Assembly: GCA_963719505.1 (NCBI GenBank)
Contig: CAVRCF010000005.1
Span: forward strand, 1,088,001-1,152,000
Direction: 5' to 3'
Origin: Halobacteriovoraceae bacterium
Lineage (GTDB): Bacteria > Bdellovibrionota > Bacteriovoracia > Bacteriovoracales > Bacteriovoracaceae
Length of the DNA stretch: 64,000 nucleotides
A model generated the notes under the pieces. The model saw only the letters and a list, made by a program, of their open reading frames with translations. It made no database searches and had not been told where the DNA came from. Made by a program: the position numbers and the translations under genes. This document shows positions 1-10,429 of this stretch, piece by piece; within the stretch, counting starts at the first letter, position 1; every line of letters starts with the position of its first letter.

Positions 1-906
1 GACTGGAGTAAAATCTGTATTAAAAAGATGCAGATACAGTTCAAAATATCCACAATTCAAGGTTATGAGGGAAATTTTAACAAATGGATCAACCCTTTTT
101 TGGGCGAATTTTATATTGATCAAATAACTGGTTTTATGGTTCATGATTTAATCTATCAACATATTACAGGTATCAGTATGGAAGCTCGTCGTGGAATTTT
201 GAAGAGGTTAAAAAGAATCTTCACAATGGCTATTGAGGAAGGAATACTATATAAAAACCCTGCATTTGGAATAACAGTAAAAGTTCCTGAAGCAAAACAA
301 CTGGTTTTTAATCGCACAGAGATTAACACTCTACTTTATGAGGCTAACATCAATTCACATCCCTTTTACAATCACTGGGCAATGGCCTTACTAACAGGAA
401 TGAGAAATGGAGAGCTTTATGCTCTAACTTGGACAGATGTAGACTTTGATAACAAAGTTATCTCTGTAACTAAGGCTGGTCAACTAAGGATGGTCTAGGC
501 CCTACCAAAAGTACGAGAAACCGCTATATTCCAATATCAAATGAACTTGATATGTTTCTTAAAGACTTGAAGTCAAAGAGTGTAAATCCAGACAATAAAG
601 TTTTAGAATCACATCAAGGAATGGTCTCAGGGAAATCAAGCAAAGGTACTGAGAGACTTTTGTCGTAAAATTGGTATTACCCCAATAAAATTCCATGATC
701 TAAGGGCAACATTTATTACTCAATTACTTATCAAGGGAGTTTCCTTGGCAAAGGTTATGAAAATTGTAGGTCATTCGACTATCAAGACCACAATGCGTTA
801 TTTGAGACTTGTCGCCCAAGATACCCAAGGAGCAACAGAAGTCTCTTGGAATAACCCTTCCTAAAGATAACAACGCGATAATGTTGTTAATCTCTTCCAA
901 CGCTGA
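1..906 (+). pseudogene. Tyrosine recombinase/phage-type integrase, 5'-truncated by window edge, with about 4 frameshifts (may be sequencing errors)
   Basis: ORF 28..498 has ALLTGMRNGEL. Other frames continue with GPTKSTRNRYIPIS, FHDLRATFIT (~691-720) and VGHSTIKTTMRY (~766-801), and probably end DNVVNLFQR-TGA at 906. Catalytic R-K-HxxR-H-Y all present. Confidence 0.88.
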
Positions 907-973
907 AGTTTTAAGCGATAGTGCTTACCAAAACTTACCAGTTAGACTAAAAATCAATCATTACATATATTTA

Positions 974-996
974 GGAGTGGGCAAATCGCCCGCTCC
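974..996. other. Hairpin just downstream of the integrase (terminator-like or att-associated)
   Basis: GGAGTGGGC-AAATC-GCCCGCTCC, 9-bp stem with one G:U and no U-tract. Confidence 0.4.
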
Positions 997-1459
997 AAAT
1001 CTTTGTATAAAACTCTCACTAAATTTTGTACTTTGAATCTCTGGCTTTTATAAGCCTTGCCCCTCTTTTTCCTGTAAAATAATTATAAATCCAACCCAAA
1101 TCCGCGAGAATCTTTTCCACTGCTCTGACAATATTTTTTTCATTCGGCTCATTTTGAGTTCGCTGGTCCATAGAGGTCGCATAGTTGCGCCTTTTTTTTT
1201 GCTCTAGCTCTTTTTTTTCAATTCGGCTCATTTTAAATCGCTATCTTTTTTTCCAACATCAAAATTTTCCGCGAGTAAACTCAAAACTCTCTTCAAAAAG
1301 CTCCCAGGTACTTTTTCATCTACTTATTTTGTCGCCAAAACAGCCATTCCCAAACCTTTATTCAAAAGTTGTCCCCTACTTCATTTCCATTCTCTATTTT
1401 CCTCCGATAAAAACACAACCTTTCTTCTCGAGCGTATGTTTTAACTACTCAAAGACGTA

Positions 1460-3108
1460 CTCAAGGCGCACGTCTGCCTTGGTGGCAGTAGTTCAAGCTG
1501 GTTTACAATATTCATTTTTCAAAGAACACGCGCTCAGGTTTGTAAACTAAACTTAAACAATAAATTTTTCATAATCCTGTTAAGCACCACCTCCTGTTTA
1601 AAGTAAATTCTTAACTTTAGTTTCCGAGCACTTCGGATCAACTGCCCCGCAATATTTATGACATGACTTCTAACACTCTTTGAAAAATATCCAAGCTGTT
1701 TTACACGAATCCTTTCTCCACTTTTTCTATCTCGAACTGTTCGCCACTTCTCTTCCATGCAAAAAGAAATTACTCTCGTTAAATTATGTGCAAACGTTCC
1801 TACTAATCCAAAAATTTTATTCGCTCTCAAACGACGACAAGGAAAGTTTAAAAAATCAAAGCCGTACTTTTGCTCTCGAATATAGCTCTCTGCTGTTGCT
1901 CTATCTTTATAAAACTCAAAAACTTCTTCATTGTTCATCTCTGAAAAACCAATGTTTGTTATGATAGAATAATGTCTATAGTCGTGTTCTTCAGGATTGT
2001 AATTCTTAAAGAGGTCTCGAGCCTCATTGATATCATCTACGCTCTTTCGGGCTCTAATAAAAACGACTCGCATCTCCCCTAAGCTTTTAATTGGGTAATG
2101 AGACATCGCTATTTCACACTCTTTTGACTTGAAAAACTCAAGTTCTGTCTTCTCCCAATTCAACATATTTCGATTCTTCTTTCTAACATATCGACTTATA
2201 TTATCCCTAAGAACTATTGCAAACTTTGCTCCTTTGGCTTGAAGAGCTTTATAAACTTCTTGCTTTCCATATGCGGAGTCTGCTCTAAACCATCTTTCTA
2301 AATGACTTGGACAATTCTTAAAAATTTCATGCACCCAGCGCTCAGCATCTTTACCCGAATGAGTATTTCCAGGACGAAGATCGAACAAATAACTAAATCC
2401 AAATTGATCATAAGCATTTTGAGAATCAAGGCACCACATATTTTTATAGTTCCACGCCATCCCTTCCATATTTTTTCCGTAATGTTCATGAGGCGTAGAA
2501 TCCATTGAAAGAATAAACTTTATATCATCTGGAAACATCAAAGCTCTAAGCTCAAAAGTTAGCTCAACTAAAAATTCCTGTAATTTTTCAGCATGTCTAT
2601 TTCCAAATGACTTTAAAAAATCACCTTGAGTCCTAGCTGCAACCTTCCCAGTAAGTTCTGCAAACAATGGATCTTTATTTGAATTATCAATATCAGAAAG
2701 ACAATCATTTCCAACAACAAACGAATAAAGTAGAGATTTAAACTTATCTAATTGAGTTGGACCTATGTTTTTCTTTTTGCGGGGCATCTTAGATTTGAGT
2801 CTTTTATCTAGTTTTAGTTGCTTCCAGAGCTCTTCAAATAAAAATAGACCAGAATGAGAAGAGAATGTTTGAGAAGTTGATTCAATTTTGATAGTTTTGT
2901 ACATGGCAGTTCTTTTGCTAAAAAGCTTTTTTGGTTTGTTTTTTTTTGTTTGGCGATAAAAAGATATCAAAACAAAAAAGCTTTTTCTTTATGCAGGGCC
3001 GTAAAAAAAACACTTTTTTTTCAATTTTTGGGTGAATTTATCAAAATGATGAAAAGCCTTATTACGACTACTTGGAACGCACGATATTAGGTATCATCGT
3101 GCGCGGTT
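1460..3108 (-). mobile_element. IS1380-family insertion sequence (~1.65 kb)
   Basis: Contains the transposase. ACGTA at 1455-1459 and 3109-3113 is a candidate 5-bp target duplication. The ends share only an imperfect inverted repeat (GCGCACG / CGTGCGC). Length is typical for the family; boundaries are tentative. Confidence 0.65.
1534..2904 (-). CDS. IS1380-family DDE transposase
   Basis: Motifs SSHSGLFLF, ILSMDST, DLRPGNTHSG, FRADSAY, FYKDRATAESYIREQKYGF and PCRRLRAN. Likely start MYKTIK at 2904. Confidence 0.9.
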   Translation of the reverse strand: MYKTIKIESTSQTFSSHSGLFLFEELWKQLKLDKRLKSKMPRKKKNIGPTQLDKFKSLLYSFVVGNDCLSDIDNSNKDPLFAELTGKVAARTQGDFLKSFGNRHAEKLQEFLVELTFELRALMFPDDIKFILSMDSTPHEHYGKNMEGMAWNYKNMWCLDSQNAYDQFGFSYLFDLRPGNTHSGKDAERWVHEIFKNCPSHLERWFRADSAYGKQEVYKALQAKGAKFAIVLRDNISRYVRKKNRNMLNWEKTELEFFKSKECEIAMSHYPIKSLGEMRVVFIRARKSVDDINEARDLFKNYNPEEHDYRHYSIITNIGFSEMNNEEVFEFYKDRATAESYIREQKYGFDFLNFPCRRLRANKIFGLVGTFAHNLTRVISFCMEEKWRTVRDRKSGERIRVKQLGYFSKSVRSHVINIAGQLIRSARKLKLRIYFKQEVVLNRIMKNLLFKFSLQT

Positions 3109-3268
3109 ACGTAGAACCTTTTTTATTTTTATCCTACATCTCAACTCTTATTCTTTCCACGATTCAACTCAAATGTGTAGTATTTTTCACAAACTGACCG
3201 TATTTGACTCTTAACCTTTGAAATACGAAATGATCATTATAGACTCCTGTCATACAAAAAGGGTGACT

Positions 3269-4654
3269 ATGAAATATCGAATTGAACAAGACACAATGGG
3301 TGACGTAAAAGTTGAAGACTCTAAGTACTGGGGAGCACAAACCCAGCGATCTTTAGAAAATTTCAAGATTGGAAATGATCACTTTACCCCCGAGATGATT
3401 AGAGCATTTGGTATTCTAAAAAAAGGCGCGGCCCAAGCCAACTATGAACTTGGAAAGCTTGAAGAAAAAAAGAAAGACCTTATCGTCAAAGCTTGCGATG
3501 AAGTCATTAGTGGAAAGTTAAATGACCACTTCCCTCTAGTCGTTTGGCAAACCGGCTCTGGAACGCAAACGAATATGAATTTCAATGAAGTGATTTCCAA
3601 CAGAGCAATTGAATTAGCCGGTGGAGAGATGGGAAGTAAGACTCCAGTTCACCCAAACGATGATGTGAATAAGTCACAGTCTTCAAATGATACTTTTCCC
3701 ACGGCCATGCATATCGCAGCTATTGAGCAGATAGAATCTTCTCTTATTCCAAACTTAGATAAGTTAATAAAAACCTTTAGTGAAAAAATTATTGAATTTG
3801 ATTCTATTGTAAAAATTGGAAGAACTCACTTAATGGATGCAACCCCCCTTACTTTGTCTCAAGAGTTCTCTGGCTATCTTACTCAACTTAAGCACGGTAA
3901 AAAGTGGATAGAACAATCGCTGGAGTTTTTAAGAGAGCTGGCACTTGGAGGGACTGCTGTTGGCACCGGTCTCAACACCCATCCCGACTATGCAAAACTT
4001 GTTGCAAAAAAGATTAGTCAGATCTCTGGTCATAAGTTTGTCACAGCAGAGAATAAATTTGAAGCATTGGCCGCTCACGATGCTGTCGTTGGAGCCTCAG
4101 GTGCGATTAAAAGATTGGCCTGTTCCGTCTTTAAAATTGTAAACGATATTCGATTCCTGGCCAGTGGTCCAAGGTGTGGTTTTGGAGAACTTGAACTTCC
4201 GGCTAATGAGCCCGGCTCTTCAATTATGCCTGGAAAAGTTAATCCCACCCAGTGTGAAGCTCTCTCAATGGTTTGTGTTCAAGTCATGGGTAACGATGCT
4301 GCCATAAGTTTTGCAGGGTCACAGGGAAACTTTGAGCTCAACGTCTACAAGCCGGTGATGATTCACAACCTTCTGCACTCCATAAAAATTTTAGGCGACG
4401 CTCTTGTGTCTTTTAATGAAAACTGTGCGGTTGGGATCAAAGCAAATAAGAAAAATATAGATAAACATCTCAATAATTCTCTTATGCTCGTGACCGCTTT
4501 AAACCAACATATTGGGTATGATAAAGCGGCCAAAGTCGCAAAGAATGCCTTTGATAAAGATTTGACACTCAAAGCCTCCATCGTGGAACTTGGCTATATG
4601 GATGAGGAGACATTTGATAGCCTTGTCGTCCCTAAGGAGATGACTCACCCCTAA
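3269..4654 (+). CDS. fumC: Class II fumarate hydratase
   Basis: [28 protein letters not shown] and the [15 protein letters not shown] signature. Confidence 0.98.
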   Translation: MKYRIEQDTMGDVKVEDSKYWGAQTQRSLENFKIGNDHFTPEMIRAFGILKKGAAQANYELGKLEEKKKDLIVKACDEVISGKLNDHFPLVVWQTGSGTQTNMNFNEVISNRAIELAGGEMGSKTPVHPNDDVNKSQSSNDTFPTAMHIAAIEQIESSLIPNLDKLIKTFSEKIIEFDSIVKIGRTHLMDATPLTLSQEFSGYLTQLKHGKKWIEQSLEFLRELALGGTAVGTGLNTHPDYAKLVAKKISQISGHKFVTAENKFEALAAHDAVVGASGAIKRLACSVFKIVNDIRFLASGPRCGFGELELPANEPGSSIMPGKVNPTQCEALSMVCVQVMGNDAAISFAGSQGNFELNVYKPVMIHNLLHSIKILGDALVSFNENCAVGIKANKKNIDKHLNNSLMLVTALNQHIGYDKAAKVAKNAFDKDLTLKASIVELGYMDEETFDSLVVPKEMTHP

Positions 4655-4771
4655 AAGAAATTTTCTCGCTGGTGATTTTTGTGTAAAATTCTACACATAC
4701 AGTCTGAAAAAAAATGATAATTTTTATGCTAGAGTGAAGTTGTGAGATATTTTTAACTCAAGGAGATTAAG

Positions 4772-5092
4772 ATGAAAATTGACATTACCTACAGACATGT
4801 TGAATCAACCCCAGCGATTGAAAGTAAAATTCACGAAAAGGCGACACACCTTGAAAAGTATTTTGATGGTGACATCGACGTAAAGTGGGTGTGCGATGTT
4901 GATCGGCATCAACAAAAAAGTGAAGTGACTGTTCACTACGGAAAACAGCATTACTTTGCGAGCAGCGAAGATATGAACCTTTATAAAACTTTTGATCAGG
5001 TGGTGAGTAAAATTGAGAAGCAAATTCGAAAGAACTCTAAAAACCTCCACTCAAAACATACTGAAAGCTTAAATTTTGAACAAGAACTTTAA
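4772..5092 (+). CDS. hpf: Ribosome hibernation factor (short HPF/RaiA family)
   Basis: MKIDITYRHVESTPAIE...DMNLYKTFDQVVSKIEKQIRK; AAGGAG RBS. Confidence 0.88.
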   Translation: MKIDITYRHVESTPAIESKIHEKATHLEKYFDGDIDVKWVCDVDRHQQKSEVTVHYGKQHYFASSEDMNLYKTFDQVVSKIEKQIRKNSKNLHSKHTESLNFEQEL

Positions 5093-5112
5093 TTAAAGAA
5101 AGTGATTCATTC

Positions 5113-5142
5113 TCCGCCTAGAGATCAAAACCTTTAGGCGGA
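5113..5142. terminator. Hairpin between convergent genes
   Basis: TCCGCCTAGAG...CTTTAGGCGGA. Confidence 0.6.
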
Positions 5143-5144
5143 AT

Positions 5145-5723
5145 TTAGTTTTGGTGATCTCTTAAATCTTCTTCTGGAACCATCACGACTTTATTTCTTC
5201 CAAGCGATAAACTAGCACTGAAGCAGCCCTCATCCTCAGCACAAACATTATGGAGAAATCCGTCATCACAAAAAACCTCTACCCTATCTGAAGCTTCTCT
5301 TATGGTTGTTCCACAAAAGTGATAGTGATCATTTTCACAAGGCTCAAAGTTTCGCTCTTTGAGTGAACCTTCAATTACCTCATCCACAACAAATTCAGGA
5401 TGAGTGTGAACACCTGTAAATTTATCTCCAGTAAAATAGAGCGTTTCAAATTTTAACGTCCCATGAATAGTCTCTCTTTCGAGATAATTTACTTTTGCAT
5501 GACTTTGACCTGGAATCGCTTTTGGCTTGACTCCGAGTTCTAAGACCTGTTTTTTAAGGACTTTAAAAATGATTTTTAAATTTTCTAGAATCTTATCTTG
5601 GCATTTTTCGTTTTCAATATTTTCAATATATTTTTCAACGGTACTATAATCAAGATTGTTGCAGTACCGTACTTTGCATATTCCTGACTTAGATTTGTCT
5701 ACCTCTGTCTCAACTTTTATCAT
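5145..5723 (-). CDS. Cupin-fold protein, cysteine dioxygenase-like
   Basis: TGVHTHP...VIEGSLKERNF...GFLHNV, a 3-His pattern. Confidence 0.55.
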   Translation of the reverse strand: MIKVETEVDKSKSGICKVRYCNNLDYSTVEKYIENIENEKCQDKILENLKIIFKVLKKQVLELGVKPKAIPGQSHAKVNYLERETIHGTLKFETLYFTGDKFTGVHTHPEFVVDEVIEGSLKERNFEPCENDHYHFCGTTIREASDRVEVFCDDGFLHNVCAEDEGCFSASLSLGRNKVVMVPEEDLRDHQN

Positions 5724-5758
5724 GCTTAATTCTAACCAGAGTTTTACGCTTTTTCAAG

Positions 5759-6130
5759 TTACAGTAATCTCGCACCTTTAGGGACATCTTTATCAAGGTC
5801 AAAAAGAACAATCTCACCTTGAGCGTCTGCAAAGCCTAAAATGAGGACTTCAGACATAAATTTTCCAATTTGCCGGGGCTTAAAATTGACAACGGCCACA
5901 ACTCTTTTTCCAACCAGTGAGTCTGAACTGTAATGATGGGTGATCTGTGCTGAGGATTTTTTTATGCCAATGGGATCTCCAAAATCAACCTTTACTTTAA
6001 ACGCGGGATTTCTTGCTTGGGGAAAATCATGGGCTTCAACAATCTCTCCTATTCGCATATCGACCTTTAAAAAGTCTTCAAATGGAATTTCTTCACTTAT
6101 AGGAGAGCTTGCTGAAAAATTGATGTGCAT
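5759..6130 (-). CDS. csaA: tRNA-binding/export chaperone CsaA
   Basis: FLKVDMRIGEI, SSAQITHHY, VVNFKPRQIGKFMSEVLILG. Confidence 0.93.
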   Translation of the reverse strand: MHINFSASSPISEEIPFEDFLKVDMRIGEIVEAHDFPQARNPAFKVKVDFGDPIGIKKSSAQITHHYSSDSLVGKRVVAVVNFKPRQIGKFMSEVLILGFADAQGEIVLFDLDKDVPKGARLL

Positions 6131-6513
6131 TATTTAAGTTTTTTATCTACCGAGTAGTTACCCGCACCCGTAAAAAGGAGAACGATATACATGCAAAGAT
6201 AGAGAATTGCTTTTTCTTTAACGGCCCATGGATCACTGCTATGAACGATAAAGGCCGCAACAAACATTGTGATGATAAGTGGTATACTGGCAAGACGGGT
6301 TTTTAATCCAATGATAAGAAGGAAAGAGCAAATCGCTTCAGCAAATACGGCCATAGCGAGGGAGAAAGTGACTCCTAAACCAATCGGATCCGCAAATTGA
6401 ATTTCTCCACCTGCAAGAAGCATTTGAAACTTTGGTATCCCGTGAGTAAGCATAAGACAGCCTACAGCGACTCTTAAAAATAATAATCCTAAATCATTTG
6501 TTTTTGTATTCAT
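6130..6513 (-). CDS. DoxX family membrane protein
   Basis: LLFLRVAVG..HGIPK, FAEAICS..LIIGLKTR, GAGNYSVD. Confidence 0.9.
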   Translation of the reverse strand: MNTKTNDLGLLFLRVAVGCLMLTHGIPKFQMLLAGGEIQFADPIGLGVTFSLAMAVFAEAICSFLLIIGLKTRLASIPLIITMFVAAFIVHSSDPWAVKEKAILYLCMYIVLLFTGAGNYSVDKKLK

Positions 6514-6522
6514 TTTACATCC

Positions 6523-7092
6523 TTAGTATTTAACTGAACATCCATATGGTTTTGTTTTAAAGTAATCAATACTCTGCCCATCTGCGAGCTTTGCCAAAGT
6601 ATCGTCGACGTAGTTTGTCGCTTTTTTTATATCGTTCTCATTGGCCGAAGCAATGCTGTCAATAGCACCTTCATAAACCAACTTGCCTTTGGGGTTAATG
6701 ATATACATATGAGGAGTTGTTTTAGCTTCAAATTTTTGCCCCGTTCTTCCTGCAGTATCAATAAGAAGAGCTCTTGAGTTCATGCCTTCAAGATCGTAAA
6801 TTTTCGACGCTGCTTTTTCATCTTTTAAGTAACCTTGTTTATCGACATTACTTGAGTTGATAGTGAGCCATACAACTTTGCTTTTATATTTCTTTTGAAG
6901 CTTCTGCATATTTTTTGAATCGTAATGCTTTCTAACAAAAGGGCATCCATGATTAAACCATTCCAAAACGACAATCTTTCCCTTAAATTCTTCTAAAGAG
7001 TAGGTTTTTCCATCATGCCCTCGAAGCTTAAAGTTTAGATCTTTTGCAAAAGTCGCTGACGCAATAAGTGATAAAAGTATTAAAAGTTTCAT
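6523..7092 (-). CDS. Secreted thioredoxin-fold (AhpC/TSA-like) redoxin
   Basis: Signal peptide; VVLEWFNHGCPFVRKHY, AKTTPHMYII, YEGAIDS, PYGCSVKY. Confidence 0.9.
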   Translation of the reverse strand: MKLLILLSLIASATFAKDLNFKLRGHDGKTYSLEEFKGKIVVLEWFNHGCPFVRKHYDSKNMQKLQKKYKSKVVWLTINSSNVDKQGYLKDEKAASKIYDLEGMNSRALLIDTAGRTGQKFEAKTTPHMYIINPKGKLVYEGAIDSIASANENDIKKATNYVDDTLAKLADGQSIDYFKTKPYGCSVKY

Positions 7093-7196
7093 AATCCCTC
7101 GTTTTTTTGAATAAGAATATAAAATCATTTGTTTCTTTAATACACAACAAAAGAAATTGTATTTTCGATTAGGAAGCTTTTGGGTATGATAAGATC

Positions 7197-8747
7197 ATGA
7201 AAAATCTAGATCGAAGAGAATTTTTAACGTTTTTGGGCGCCACAGCTGTTACTTTGACAAACTATGGACTCTTGGCAAATCTTGCAAGTTGTCAAACGAG
7301 ATCCACCACAGGCATCTCCCCAAAGATGAAAGATGAACTGGGCTTGGCCAAAGGTTTACATTATCAGACTCTTATTTCTTGGGGAGATAAAATAAATTCC
7401 TCGGAAACTTTCGGCTTTAACAACGACTATATCGCCATTGAGTCCCTCTCAAGCGACAAACTTCTCATGTGGGTGAATCACGAGTACGTGAATCCTCTTT
7501 TTGTCAGTGGGTACGAGAGAACAAAAGAGAATATCGACAAAGAAAGACGCGCAGTTGGTGGATCGATTATCGAAGTGAACAAAACGGCAAGCGGTTGGAA
7601 ATTTAATCCCGACTCTAAATACAATAAAGGAGTCCGAGGAGATACAAAAATCCCTTTTGCTGGTGGTGTCTCTATTGAAGGCCAGACCTTCGCAGTCGGA
7701 ACCCTGGCCAATTGTGCAGGTGGAAAAACTCCTTGGGGCACGATGCTCACGTGTGAAGAAAATTACGACATGTCTTACGGAGAGAGAGATCAAAATTCTC
7801 GAAAAATAACGGCATCAATGGGCAGCTGGGAGACTTTTTACCCTCACCCGCCAGAGCACTACGGCTGGGTGGTAGAGATCGATCCCAGAACGTCAAAAGC
7901 TCAAAAGCATACTTCAATTGGAAGATTCGCTCATGAATGTGCAACCTGTTTAAATGAAGGAGACAAAGCCATTGTCTATTCTGCAGATGATAAAAATGAC
8001 GAGCATATTTATAAATTTATTTCTTCTTCTAAAGATAATCTCAATACAGGTAAACTCTATGTTGCCAATACCGAGCAAGGAAAGTGGATCTCACTAGACA
8101 TAAATGACTCTCCTCTTTTAAAAAAACACTTTAAAAGCCAACTTGAAATTCAAACCTATACTAGAAAAGCGGCTAAACTCGTTGGAGCGACGCCCCTAGC
8201 GAGACCTGAAGATATTGAAATCCATCCTCAAACAAAAGATGTCTATATTACTCTTACCAATAACAAGCCGGCTGGGAACTTTCATGGCAGCATTTTAAAG
8301 ATTTCTGAAACACAGGGCAATCACGCAAGTCTTACTTTCAAAGCTGAAACCTTTATGCTTGGTGGTGAAGATTCAGGAATAACTTGTCCAGACAATTTAG
8401 CTTTTGATAAAAACGGAAACCTTTGGATGTGTAATGACATATCTGGAAGCTCAATAGGAAAAGCTGCTTATAAGCCTTTTGGTAATAATGGACTTTTTGT
8501 GATTCCAACGTCTGGTCCTCAAGCGGGACAAGCAATTCAGGTCGCTTCAGCTCCAATGGACGCCGAATTCACAGGACTATGCTTTTCTCCAGATGAGACG
8601 AGTTTATTTTTGTCGGTGCAACATCCAGGAGAACTCACTAAGGATATTAAGTTTCCAACAAGCACATGGCCTACAGGAAAAGTCCCAAAACCTTCAGTAG
8701 TTGAAATTACCGGAGACCTTCTTTTAGGATTTACTCAAAAAGCCTAA
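7197..8747 (+). CDS. phoX: PhoX-family alkaline phosphatase with Tat (possibly lipoprotein) signal
   Basis: RREFL twin-arginine and LASC; VNHEY, NCAGGKTPWGTMLTCEEN, GRFAHE, RPED, PDNL, SVQHPGE. Confidence 0.93.
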   Translation: MKNLDRREFLTFLGATAVTLTNYGLLANLASCQTRSTTGISPKMKDELGLAKGLHYQTLISWGDKINSSETFGFNNDYIAIESLSSDKLLMWVNHEYVNPLFVSGYERTKENIDKERRAVGGSIIEVNKTASGWKFNPDSKYNKGVRGDTKIPFAGGVSIEGQTFAVGTLANCAGGKTPWGTMLTCEENYDMSYGERDQNSRKITASMGSWETFYPHPPEHYGWVVEIDPRTSKAQKHTSIGRFAHECATCLNEGDKAIVYSADDKNDEHIYKFISSSKDNLNTGKLYVANTEQGKWISLDINDSPLLKKHFKSQLEIQTYTRKAAKLVGATPLARPEDIEIHPQTKDVYITLTNNKPAGNFHGSILKISETQGNHASLTFKAETFMLGGEDSGITCPDNLAFDKNGNLWMCNDISGSSIGKAAYKPFGNNGLFVIPTSGPQAGQAIQVASAPMDAEFTGLCFSPDETSLFLSVQHPGELTKDIKFPTSTWPTGKVPKPSVVEITGDLLLGFTQKA

Positions 8748-10183
8748 GCCTCTTCTATCTTATCCATCGTTTTTCCACTCGCTGCAATGGCAATGGACAT
8801 AATTGGACTTAAAAGATTAAAGAAAGCAAAAGGTAGATATGTCATCGTTGCCACCCCTAGGATGGTGCTAAAGTAGGCTCCACATGTATTCCAAGGAACG
8901 AGGACACTTGTCACAGTTGATCCATCCTCCACGGCACGAGAGAGATTTTTTGGGGCCAATCCCATTTTCTCATAGGCTGACTTAAACATTCTTCCAGTGA
9001 CAACAATGGCGATGTACTGATCACTTGTGGTGAGATTTAAAAATATTCCTGATCCAACAGTCGCGGCTACCAAAGATGTAGTTCCTTTAACCAGCTTTAA
9101 AATTGAATTCGCTATAGTTGTGAGCATCCCAGTCACTTCCATCACTCCACCAAAGATCATGGCCATAAGAATCATCCAAACGGTATTCATCATTCCACTC
9201 ATGCCGCCTCTGCTAAAGAGCTTATCAATCATGGCATTGCCAGATTCTATTTCAAATCCAGAAAAAGATGTTTTTAAGAGGACTTTATAAATTCCTTCAA
9301 TCCCCATCGTTCCACCGGCCAACTTAGTGATAAGACTCGTTTGGAAAATAAGAGCAAAAACTCCACCTAAAATCGTTCCAATAAAAAGAGCTGGTACAGC
9401 GGGGACCTTTTTCATCACCAGGCCAATAACGATAAGAGGTAAAAGAAAGAGCCATAGGGAAATATTAAAGTTGGCATCAATAAGTTTTAAAACTTCATCA
9501 ATCTGGTTGGCATTCAAAGTATCACTTGAATATGAAAGCCCTAAAATAAGAAAGATAATAAAAGAGATAAGAATTGAAGGTATGGTGGTATAAGTCATGT
9601 GTTTAATATGGCTAAAGAGGTCACTTCCTGCCATCGCTGGTGCGAGATTTGTCGTGTCTGATAGAGGCGATAACTTATCACCGAAGTAGGATCCTGAAAC
9701 AATAGCTCCGGCCACCATGCCCTCTGGAATACCAAGAGTCTTTCCGATTCCAATAAGAGCAATACCAACTGTTCCAGCAGTAGACCATGAGCTTCCGGTT
9801 GCTATCGAGACCACACTACAAATAATGAGTGAAACGGGAAGAAAAGCTTCTGGACTTATAAGTTTAATTCCGTAGTAAATCATGGTTGGGACAACGCCGT
9901 TGAGAATCCAGACACCAATTAAAGAGCCTACAATCATAAGAATAAGAATTGCTTGGGTGGAAACTGAAACAGAAGCTAACGCCTTTTTTTCTATATCCTT
10001 ATATGGCCTTTTTAAATGAAAGACTCCAATAAAAGCGCAAACCATGGAAGTTAATAGAAGGGCTATTTGATTAGGCCCATATGATGAATCGTCCGCGAAA
10101 ATAACAACATTCAACGTCAAAAGAACAACGAGAACCGCCACCGGGATTAAGGAAACTAATAGAGATGGCTCTTTGTGATGCAT
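8744..10183 (-). CDS. nhaC: Na+/H+ antiporter, NhaC family
   Basis: TGSSWSTAGTVG, GSYFGDKLSPLSDTTNLA, LVPWNTCGAY. Confidence 0.93.
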   Translation of the reverse strand: MHHKEPSLLVSLIPVAVLVVLLTLNVVIFADDSSYGPNQIALLLTSMVCAFIGVFHLKRPYKDIEKKALASVSVSTQAILILMIVGSLIGVWILNGVVPTMIYYGIKLISPEAFLPVSLIICSVVSIATGSSWSTAGTVGIALIGIGKTLGIPEGMVAGAIVSGSYFGDKLSPLSDTTNLAPAMAGSDLFSHIKHMTYTTIPSILISFIIFLILGLSYSSDTLNANQIDEVLKLIDANFNISLWLFLLPLIVIGLVMKKVPAVPALFIGTILGGVFALIFQTSLITKLAGGTMGIEGIYKVLLKTSFSGFEIESGNAMIDKLFSRGGMSGMMNTVWMILMAMIFGGVMEVTGMLTTIANSILKLVKGTTSLVAATVGSGIFLNLTTSDQYIAIVVTGRMFKSAYEKMGLAPKNLSRAVEDGSTVTSVLVPWNTCGAYFSTILGVATMTYLPFAFFNLLSPIMSIAIAASGKTMDKIEEA

Positions 10184-10357
10184 GTTAAAACCCTTTTAAA
10201 TTTTTGTTTTAAGGAATATACAATAATTCATATTGATTTGAAAAATATTGTTTAACTTTTGGACACCCCGACCTAAAGGTATTCACTTTTTCATACCTCA
10301 TCTAAACAAAAAACGACTAAATCACTGTAATCACTAACACTTACCTTTCCTAACACT

Positions 10358-10373
10358 TGGCATAATACTTGTA
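10358..10373 (+). promoter_or_regulatory. Candidate sigma54 (-24/-12) promoter
   Basis: TGGCAT-AATAC-TTGTA (GG-N10-GT, one mismatch to consensus), about 57 nt before ORF 10430. Confidence 0.55.
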
Positions 10374-10429
10374 TGTATATAAGTATATAAATTTACGATT
10401 TTTGTAGAGAGAGAATCGAGGAGAGAGAA

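Noticed and set aside
809-1036. 75-aa ORF as an independent gene
   Set aside because: Partly the frameshifted integrase C-terminus (SLGITLP) running into non-coding DNA.
1185-1550. 121-aa plus-strand ORF
   Set aside because: F/S/L-rich translation of T-rich DNA that crosses the predicted IS boundary.
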